A program made the translations under genes and the position numbers. Shown in pieces: positions 54,819-64,000 of a stretch of 64,000 nucleotides of DNA (the stretch's first letter is position 1; each line of letters opens with the position of its first letter). Source of the stretch: Tubulanus polymorphus (Eukaryota; Animalia; Nemertea); the NCBI RefSeq assembly GCF_964204645.1, contig NC_134025.1, positions 13,082,001 to 13,146,000 of the forward strand, written 5' to 3'. The notes beneath the pieces are model-generated. The model did no database searches. It saw only the letters and a program-made list of their open reading frames with translations, and was not told the DNA's origin.

Positions 54819-57800
54819 TACGAAGGAGTCAGAGGTTCCGGGTCGCGTACATCATCAGATATATACGTAATTGGACGGTCATTTAATCGACCTTCAATCT
54901 GCGTAACTAAAGTATGCAACTCATCAAATGTCACGGAGGTTCTACCTAGCACCTAAAAATTGATGATTTCACCAAAGCTACTAATCGTTCATAAAATCCG
55001 CCGTACCACGGCGCACGTTTTGGAATGAATTTCCAAATAATCCCTTGTTGGGATGAATATGTCGAAAACTCTACTGCAGAAAAAATGTGGATCAGAATAT
55101 CATTAGCACAAGTGAACGTAGATGCATTATCAGAAATGAGCTGTCTAGGTACGGACCTACGTGACACAAATCTCTGCTAATATGAATTGTTCTGTAGTAA
55201 GATCTGACACAAGCTCCAAATGAACTGCACGGCTCACCGCGCATGTAAACAAACAAACGTGTGTTTTCACATAATCTCCACTTTTCGATCTTACGAACAA
55301 AGGCCCCAGATAATCCACGCCTGTGAAATGAAAGCATGGTACTTCTGTGATTCGAGATATAGGCAAGGGTGGAGGATCTGGGAGCCTGTAAGGTTTACAT
55401 GATAATTTGCGACATTTGCGACATACAACACATTTTCTAAGTATGTTCTTTACAAGTTGTCGAATCTGCGGAATCCAATAGACCTGAGTTTTGCGATAGT
55501 AGAATTAACTCCAGAATGGAAGTTGTAACAATGCTCTCTGTACACTATCAAACGAGTAAGGTAATGATATTTTGGGAGTAATATTGGAGTCTTAGCAGAA
55601 TCGATAATAGGAGCATTTTGCAATCTTCCTCTACATCTTATCAAATTATCGTTACCTATATATAATTGTAATTGAATGACAATGGCCAAGCAAGAACCTT
55701 TGTTACCCTGAACCTTCGTCAATTGTTCGCGTACCTTTGGAAAGTCAGAATCTTGAATGAATTTTATCAACCAATATTCTGCGGAATGCATTTCTTCCGC
55801 TGTAATTCTACCGTGAAGCCTCGGGGTAACTCCGGCTCTGCAATTGTTGATGAATCGAAACACCAGTGAAGACAGTCGTAACAAACTAACAATAGAAGAA
55901 AAACAATTATAATCAACAAACGGTAACGGTGCATCGAAAACATCGGCATCAGAATCAGTGGACATAACATGGATTTCAGAATCATCAATGGCCATCGAAA
56001 GGTACTCCGGCCTAACATTACTAATAAGCCAGTCTGGACCATGGAACCAGAATTGATACAACTCACGTAGTTTAGAACAATCAACACCTCGAGTGAGCAA
56101 ATCAGCAGGATTTTCATCAGACCTACAATAATACCAGCGTGTACTCTCAACCAAAGATCTTATTTCATACACTTTATTCCTAATGAATTCACTTAATTTC
56201 TTTTTAGACTTAAGCCATGATAACACGATCTGGCTGTCTGTGTACATATATACATCGATATTTCGAGCATTTGCCTTTAAAGCGGTAGAAATATAATCAG
56301 TCAACCTTGACGCTATCAATGCTGCAATTAATTCTAACCTTGGAATAGTAGTTTCTTTGTTAGGAGCTACCCGTGATTTAGAGGAAATCAAGATACATTC
56401 ATCACCACACTTCAAATATGAAACAGCCCCATACGCAGATATACTGGCATCAGCAAACGTATGTAATTCTAGCTGTGCATTTTGATCACGACCGGCAAAG
56501 TAACATCGAGGTAACGAGATTTCTGGAAGATTGCTTAGATCACCAGCTATTTCTCTCCACCGAGAACACAAAACTTCTGGCAGGGGATCGTCCCAGTCGT
56601 AAGAATCCTTCCAAAGACTCTGAACAAAGACCTTTATTTTAACAGTTACTGGGGTGAACAACCCTAATGGATCATAGATCTTACTCATGTCTCTCGTTAC
56701 TGTGCGTTTCGTGATAGGTGTACCGGGTTCTAGAGTATTTATGGATCTAGATTTCAATGATAGACAATCGCATTCGGTATCCCAAGTAACACCTTAAATG
56801 TCTACAGTTAATGACTTCTCTAAGACGCCATCACTTCGAGCGTGTTCCCTCAATACAGAACAGTTCGAAGACCAGGAACGTAAATTGAAATGACCTTCAG
56901 CGAGCACATCTCGCGATCGTGAATAATATTCCAAGGCCTGTTCCTCATAATCTACGGAGGAAACTACATTATCCATGTAAATGTTGTGTATCAAATCGTT
57001 GGTAACAGAATTCAAATTATTCTGTAAATGGAACAAAACTGTACTGTTTAAAATGAAAGGCGAGCATGTCGCACCAAACAAAACCCGTTTAAAACGGTAT
57101 ACCTTCAAGGGTGAATTTGGATCGGTTGGATCTTTAGGCCATAAAAATCTAGTCACGTCACGATCCCGAGGGTGTAACCCAATCTGTAGAAATGCTTTTT
57201 CTATATCAGCAATTAGACCTATTTCACCGAAGCGAAATCTCATGAGTATTTGAATTATTTCATTGAACAACGAAGGGCCGCTATTCAAACAGTCATTTAA
57301 ACTAGGATTATCGCCCTACACTAAAACTACAGTCGAATACGATACGCACAGGCGTCGTCACTGACTGTTTGAATACTGGGTGATGAGCGAAGTAGTGTTT
57401 AACATTAGAATTATCTAATTCAGATTCGGAAACCTTTTCGATGAAATTCTTGAAAGCTGATCAACAATGATGTCCGAATACTTTCCCAACATCTCAGGAG
57501 ATTTCCTTAATCTATCAATAGTTGAATGCGTTCTATTCACTATCACGTCAAAATTTGACGGCAGAACTGGACGTATCGGCCCCACTCCGCGCGGTGGCGC
57601 CACCCCGCGGGATTTACGCGAAGCAGCAGAACACAAACACGGCCATTCTCTCAATTTTCAATGATAGAAATCGTGTGTGTATTTCAATTATTTCGGCTGT
57701 TAGGGTTTTAAGGCACAATATAAGTTGATGATGTGATATGGCGATGTTAATTAATGATAATTCCGCAGTGAAGCTAGTGACGAACGGTGCCGATTGAGTG

Positions 57801-60347
57801 TACAGCTGCCAAAAACACTGAAATGTGCGTAGTTGCGTAACTATTTGCAGTGAATTGCAGACGAAACATGAAGCCTTAACGGCCGTTTAAAAAAAAATTA
57901 TACCAATCGCAATTGTAAAATAAAAATGAGATAGAACCTAAGTTAAAATTCTGGCCATTTCTAAAATGTTATTGATTATTATTACTAATTTTTAGTCAGT
58001 GCGGAACGTTTAGTTTTCCAAGAATAATGAGGGGTGGTAGGTAGTCATGCAATTCAAGTCATCATTTATTACACGTTACTTCCGTGTTGTTGAAAATCTC
58101 GCGAGTCCTGGACTAAACCCCAATGAACAATGTGATCTGTGTGCTGGCCACCAAAATGCACACAGATCACACTACACTACCCATTACACACTCCAGTACC
58201 CACAGCTTTCATATATCCATCCAAATATTTAGTGGCTTTCTTCCTGGATGATTTTCACGCCATGGCAATTTAGCGTAGTATGTATTGTCATGCTTTTCAA
58301 TATAATTCGTGCAATAATATGTAACAAATTCTTTATCATTATCAAACGATGAATTTGGCATAATCCCAATGTTCTCCAATGGCCAAAAATCACCAACTGA
58401 TTCCGGCGTTTTTCCTGCGCTTGTTAATACACTCATTACAGCTACAGGACGATCAGCAAAAATACCTACCGGACCACAAACCAAATAGCCCAATTTCGAA
58501 CTAATTGCTACAGGACCAACAGACGATTTAACAATATGACCAGTCACAAATTCATAATAAAAATCCGACCCGATTAACACCTGAACATTAATCTTGTCAG
58601 AATTTACAGTGTCCGCAAACTGCAGCGATTTAAATTCTGGAATATCTCTGAATGCAGTATTCACCGATATAGGCTGAGTAATTTCGGGTACTACTAACGC
58701 TTTGACAACTACACAGCTATCATTGCAACGGACATTCAATGTAACCAAATCCAAATGATGTACACTACGTTTATCAGATCCAAACACAGACATGCTTACT
58801 GTCTCTTTCCTAGTGATTGGAAGCCCTAAATCTTTGGCTAATTGAGACGTAATAAACGTCCGTTGCGCCCCATCGTCAAAAAACAAATTAGCAATGATTG
58901 TTTTATCAGTACCGGAAACTTCCGTCACCGCAGTTTTTAACATAACAGTATCTAATAACTTAGCATTAGTGGTTACAGCTGTGGTTTCAAATTCTATCAA
59001 GGATATATTTTGGTTTGATTGACAGGTTCCACTTTCAACCACTGAATTAGCTTGAGTTGCTGAATTAGATACGATTAATCTTCTTTGCTTAACTCTACCC
59101 TGTTCACTAAAGCTAATGTCAGCCTGATTTCCGGTAACAGGCTCCATGCGGGATACGGCAAAACACAAACTACTGTGGTGTCGTTTTTTGCAAAACTTAC
59201 ATAAAACTTCTGACCGACAATTACTCACTCTATGCTTTCCAAGGCAATTAAAACATAAGCCTGCCTTCTGAACGATGTCCTTTCTCTTTCTAACGTCGGT
59301 AACATAAAAACAATCTGATGGCAAATGAGATTTACAACAGTACACACAGTATCGAGTAACATTCCTGACGGGTTTCGAATTAACAGATTGTTTTGAATTG
59401 ATATTTAAATGCAACGATTGAATGGGCGCGTTCGTTTCTGGTGACATGCATGATTCCTTTAATTGAATTTGAACAAGTAAAGCTTCTCTGAGCTCAGATA
59501 AACACCAATCACTATCAGGCTTATTACACATAATTGCCATAGACATTTTAACATCGTAAGGTAACCTGTCCAACATAGCTGGAACAAGCATCACGCCGTA
59601 GGATTCAGTAGAAATACCAATTGAACCGAGATGTCGAATATACGTTTCAGAACTATCATAAAAACGCCTTAATGACGAAACTTCAGCTGTTGGCGGATTC
59701 AATTCAGTTAAAGCCTACAAATATGCTTTTGACCAACGGTGCGTCTGACCAAAACGATTTTGTAATAATTCAACGGCACTATCATAGTTTTGTGAAGTCA
59801 TAGGAAGACCGTCAATACAACTTCTAGCGTCACCACTAATTTGACCGAGCAAATAACTATATTTCTCAATGATAGAAAACGCTGAATTATTATGCACTGT
59901 TGATTCAAACAACCCCCAAAAGGTAGACCATTCAAGCAGATTCCCAGTAAACGTGGGCAATTTAAGCGTCGGAATTGTGGATTTCCAAAATCCTTCAGTT
60001 CTAACTTTAGTAGCGGTTAACGTCGTATTTTTCAAATATTGTTCATAAAACAACTTACGATCAGTGGCATTCGAAATGGCCTCTTCCGCTTCATTCGAAA
60101 CTTGCATGTAGACGCTGTCATCTTTTATCATCACCAACATTTCTTCATTTATGTGAGTCAGAAGCGTGATCTTGCTCTCGAGTCGCTGCACCAATCGTTC
60201 GAGTTTCGCGATGTCCGGCGCCTGAGTTGTTCTTGAGTTGACCACCGAATCTGCGTCATTCAAAATCATCGTGACTTGTCCCCGCTGGGCTGTCCTCTTC
60301 CGCACAAGGCCTTTGTAGCCTTCGCTTTGCCGTCCGTCTTCTGCCAT
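54819..60347 (-). pseudogene. BEL/Pao gag-pol (Gag with Cys/His knuckles, protease, RT, Pao RNase H, integrase) with stops and frameshifts
   Basis: LPTFTGNLLEWSTFW, CFNCLGKHRVSNC, FFDDGAQRTF, ADIEKAFLQI, YMDNV, HTFADAS, ENPADLLTRG, GVDYLGP, SDNASTF, APWYGGFYERLV; in-frame TAG at 59715-59717; integrase ends abruptly at PEPLTPS*. Confidence 0.93.
57572..58243. mobile_element. 672-bp unclassified insertion inside BEL pol, 5-bp flanking direct repeat, no TIR
   Basis: CTGGA at 57567-57571 and 58244-58248; removing the insert restores KLPWRENHP-VLPSNF. Confidence 0.8.
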
Positions 60348-60385
60348 CACGTACTTCCAGGCCCGAGGGCTCGAGGGACCAAAAA

Positions 60386-60597
60386 TATAGAAAACTCTGC
60401 GACGATCGGGCCCTTAAACGGGCGCACCAAAGACCAATAACACACACACGTATATCGCAGATACAAATGACATAGAATTTATTCCCAATACTGTATTTAT
60501 ATAAGGTACAAATAATGTGAGTAATAAACCGTGAACTAACTCGCCCATAAACCGTAACAACAGGATATACAGATAAGCTTGCTTACAATATTCAACA
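60386..60597 (-). repeat. 5' LTR (212 bp)
   Basis: Direct repeat of 54335-54548, adjacent to the PBS. Confidence 0.95.
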
Positions 60598-60663
60598 GTT
60601 GTACAAAACATCAAAGATACTGTACCAACCAAACTAAATGATAGAAATCTAGAATACTCCCAC

Positions 60664-60723
60664 CATGGACGTGTAGATTTATCTTCTAGTCATCTTCTTT
60701 ATTTTATATTTTATACGTCCATC
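60664..60723. mobile_element. 60-bp P-type TIR element, same family as 40066-40106
   Basis: CTCCCAC|CATGGACGTGTA...TATACGTCCATC|CTCCAAC (7-bp TSD, 1 mismatch). Confidence 0.65.
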
Positions 60724-60940
60724 CTCCAACCAAGACAAAATGAGGAATACACGGTGTCACATCAAGCCAACAAAGACAGGAAAAACTGTCAATATTTGGG
60801 CAGCAAATTAGACATGGAGCAAGCTCGCCCAGCGTAAACAACGTGCTATCACTGCAATGAACACCTTCAGCGACATGGGACAAGTAATCGTATCCCAATC
60901 AAAACAAAGCTGCGCTTGTTCTCAGTCTATATATAAAGCA

Positions 60941-61266
60941 CATCTTCACCCGTCAAGGGATTCGAACCCACTACGCTAAAGCTGTTCGCCGAACCCCTTG
61001 ACCTCACGAGTCGTTGGAGTCGTTACTAGCCGACCAGAATCCGGTCGTACCAATCACAGCGCTTGTAACAAACGACTTTAGGCTTCTATTGGTTTTCCCG
61101 TTAAATAGACCAATCAGCGAACGTTTTACTGAACAAGGAAGTATTTCGCAAATCGATATATGACGTCATGCGCAACAGCGCCAGTAATTAAATCACGCTT
61201 CGTGAGGCCAGGGGGCTGGTGGAAACGAGTTCGGGAGTCATACCTGACCCCTGGCAAGCGAGGATG
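60941..61266. mobile_element. 326-bp MITE, CA termini, 8-bp TSD (hAT- or P-like)
   Basis: ATAAAGCA|CATCTTCACCCGTCAAGGG ... CCCCTGGCAAGCGAGGATG|ATAAAGCA. Confidence 0.75.
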
Positions 61267-61454
61267 ATAAAGCATGGTTCCATACAACTCCGAAATATGG
61301 GCAATGAGCAAAACCCTAGAAGGCAAAATTGATACATTCCAACGCCGATTACTGAGACGTGTCATTAATATCAGATGACCCAGGAAAATATCGAATCAAG
61401 ATCTATACAACATCACAAATCACGAATCCTGGAGCACCACAGTCGCCAGAAGAA

Positions 61455-62665
61455 GGTAACAGGTAAATATCCCCCGGTAAAAATCACCCCGGTAAATATC
61501 CCCCTAGGTAAAAATACCCCCGGTAAAAATCCCCCCTAGGTAAAGATCCTTCTGGTAAAAATCCCCCCATATTTGATTTCACTAAAATTTTTCAACCCTT
61601 TCAACAGCTCTTATGTTTAAAAAAATGTAGATTCAAAATTGTATCGCACTTTATTGCTTTATTTAACCCTAGTATAGTAATTCCTTCCATTAAATGCACA
61701 ATACACACGGTTACCAAACGTTTAATAAAGAATAATAACTGTAGAGACAAAATACTTATTCTAGGGGCCCGTTGCTGATGTTCCAGCTGCAATGCAGCAC
61801 CTAAAAGACATTGCCCCCGCCAATACAGATCAATTAGTGAACTATTTTGACACAACTTATGTTACTGGAATATACCGAGAGCGACGAGCTCATGATGCTG
61901 ATATGGGCATAAACATTAGAAGGGTTCCACCCTGTTACCCGCCGGCAAAGTGGAATGTTAATACAGCAACATTAAACATCGACCCAAGAACGAATATCGT
62001 CTGTGAAGGATGGAATAACCGTTTCCAAAACCTAGTTGGACATAACCATCCATCGATATGGCGATCGATCCGATCCCTTCAACTCGAGGCCTCTGTAACA
62101 TCAACGAGAATTGCCCAACATTATACTGGGAATGAAGCGCAACAACGAGAATTACCCAACATTATGTTGGGAATGAAGCGCAACACGGAATGTGCACCGT
62201 CAACAACAGGAGCGTCTACGTAACCTATGCATCAGATACAGAGATGGTGATGTTGAAATTATGGCATTTCTCCGTAGTGTTGGTCACAATATTCACCTCG
62301 GATAGTCTGTGACATTTAACAAGCTACGTGCATAAAAATGACATTATTATGCGACTTAGCATATACGACATGCGAGCTACATGCATCAAAAATGACACTA
62401 TCATAATTTTGAAATTTTCTTTAAAAACTATGGTTTAAAAGTAAAAATAGAATATATATCTAATGTAATTATGTATTCCTTGATAATATAATGTTGTAAA
62501 AAGTTAATTTTTTCTACTCTAGTTTTATAGAAAAGTATATGGGGGGATTTTTGCCAGGGGGGATTTTTACCCAGGGGGGATTTTTACCGGGGGGATTTTA
62601 CCAGGGGAGATTTTTACCCAGGGGGGTTTTACCGGGGGGATTTTTACCGGGGGGACCTACATTCC
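61455..62665 (+). mobile_element. Internally deleted MULE/MuDR DNA transposon
   Basis: 8-bp TSD CAGAAGAA; ~120-bp TIRs of repeated GGTAAAAATCCCC; transposase C-terminal remnant YFDTTYV...WNV...RTNIVCEGWNNRF...HPSIW (61792-62300). Confidence 0.9.
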
Positions 62666-62783
62666 CAGAAGAAGATTACATTTTCTTGGACACCTGATGA
62701 GATTACCATCAGATACACCAGCTTGCTTGGTACTAGAAGAAGCGGAACGTCGAGCCAGTTGGAAGACCACTTATAACATATGT

Positions 62784-63290
62784 CAGGGCCGTAGCAGCCG
62801 TAGCGGCCGTTGCATTTTTTGGCCGATCAAGATTATTTCTGAAGGCAGATTTTGGCTGGCCGCTGTACAATACATGTAGGACAAGCCATCAAGGGCCCAA
62901 CGACATAGGTCCTATCTTTCATCGGCATGGACGGCATTGTGTGTCAATACAATGTAGACACGATAAGTTCAGTTATTAGGTATTGTTTGAAAGTGACAAG
63001 CCTTGAATTAGAAAATGTAAGGCCAGACGACTATTGTATTAACTAAATTAGTGAATTGTCTACGCTGGAATCATTTATAGAAAGTTAATATTCACACATT
63101 AGATTTAGATTAGATTTGCACTGATGCATATGTAGATGACGGCGCATTCGAAACTCGAAGCGAAAAAAATCTTGTTGGTCCAAACCAACCAGAAAATTAT
63201 GATTTTCAAATAAAATGTCAGATTTGTTAATTGTATTAGATTTTTCCTCTAATTAAGGCGTCTATCTGATCCCATGACAGCTACACCTAT
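62784..63290. mobile_element. ~500-bp decayed MITE-like insertion, ends poorly resolved
   Basis: Starts CAGGGCCGTAGC and ends ~GCTACACCTAT; interrupts the RTE frame between GRPLITY and KEDIK. Confidence 0.5.
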
Positions 63291-63325
63291 CAAAGAAGAT
63301 ATCAAACTAACCTAACTGAAGTGGG

Positions 63326-63821
63326 GGTTGTAGGTAAATATCCCCTGGGTAAAAATCCTCCAGGTAAAAGTCCCCAAATATTCAAAGTAGGTAAAAATCC
63401 CCACTTAGCGATTTTCAAGAACATTTCAAAGCAAAATGTTTCTCCAATTTTGTTCATTTGCAATGAGACTGAAATGAGTTTGAATTGCGCAATGGAATCT
63501 TTCGTTGGGATAAATTCTGTAATTTACAGACTAAAATAAGTTGTACTCTTAGAATAAAATAAGTTGTTAGAATTAATAAGAATAATGAACTTTCTATTTG
63601 TAATATCTTAAAATTCGAATTGGAATATTTTTGAACTGTGAACTCTTGTTATGCTATAGTTTGTATACTCATGATATCCTCTTGGTGTTCCACAATAATA
63701 AATCGGATATATGTATCAATAATATGAATTAATTCTACTTACACTACGTTCAGAAGGAGGGGGATTTTTACCTACTTTGAAGAATTGGGGATTTTTACCC
63801 AGCGGATTTTTACCACTTACC
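63326..63821. mobile_element. MULE-type MITE related to 61455-62665
   Basis: TIRs of GGTAAAAATCCCC repeats; 8-bp TSD GAAGTGGG / GAAGTGTG. Confidence 0.82.
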
Positions 63822-63926
63822 GAAGTGTGAGGAGTTGGAACAACTGGCGAGTGATAGACAGGGGTGGAGGGCAATATGCGAGGGGAGAGTCGCGATGTAC
63901 CGAGTACGGGACGCCTAGTCCACGCG

Positions 63927-63928
<2 letters not shown>

Positions 63929-63984
<56 letters not shown>
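63929..63984 (+). repeat. (GATT)14, 3' tail of the RTE LINE
   Basis: Perfect tetranucleotide run directly before the TSD. Confidence 0.95.
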
Positions 63985-63987
<3 letters not shown>

Positions 63988-64000
63988 CTAGCATGGAATG

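Larger units (their letters stand above)
54335..60597 (-). mobile_element. BEL/Pao LTR retrotransposon, defective
   Basis: LTRs 60386-60597 and 54335-54548 differ by 3 substitutions and a 2-bp CA indel; 5-bp TSD GTTGT; PBS TGGTCCCTCGAGCCC (60367-60381, tRNA-Tyr-like); PPT 54549-54560. Confidence 0.96.
53810..63984 (+). mobile_element. 5'-truncated RTE-clade LINE (~1 kb of own sequence) split by seven insertions
   Basis: Collinear pieces GVPQGDCRSP (53865), QYADDI (54285), YNSEIW...KIDTFQRRLLR (61282), VARRRLHFLGHLMRLP (61442/62674), ELEQLASDRQGWR (63832); (GATT)14 tail; TSD GGCCTAGCATGGAA (53796-53809) / GGTCTAGCATGGAA (63985-63998). Confidence 0.88.

Noticed and set aside
54335-60597. Apparent conflict between near-identical LTRs and many pol lesions
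   Set aside because: About 1.5-2% LTR divergence is compatible with a handful of indels and stops over 5 kb.
63716-63994. SINQ-repeat ORF
   Set aside because: Antisense translation of the (GATT)14 LINE tail.

Overview
Eukaryotic (invertebrate, probably lophotrochozoan) genomic DNA, not prokaryotic. Left half (1-28.5 kb): the 5' part of a Meis/homothorax TALE homeobox gene on the minus strand. Coding exons 1-6 can be reconstructed from 28498 to 23395 and include the Hth-Meis domain. No homeodomain exon was found in the window, and these introns are almost free of transposons. Middle (31.1-45.3 kb): a complete 15-exon gamma-butyrobetaine-dioxygenase-like (TauD/BBOX family, Fe/2OG) gene on the minus strand with a probable mitochondrial presequence; its 8.8-kb intron is full of TE relics. 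Right (46.7-64 kb): a TE-dense block with a near-intact RTE-X-like LINE whose ORF1 and ORF2 are in frame across one TAG. It is followed by a ~1-kb 5'-truncated RTE LINE (14-bp TSD, (GATT)14 tail) inflated to 10.2 kb by seven independent insertions: an Academ-like MITE, a BEL/Pao LTR element that carries a further insertion, a P-type 60-bp element, an 8-bp-TSD MITE, two MULE-type elements and one unresolved MITE. All calls are from manual reading; no database searches were run.
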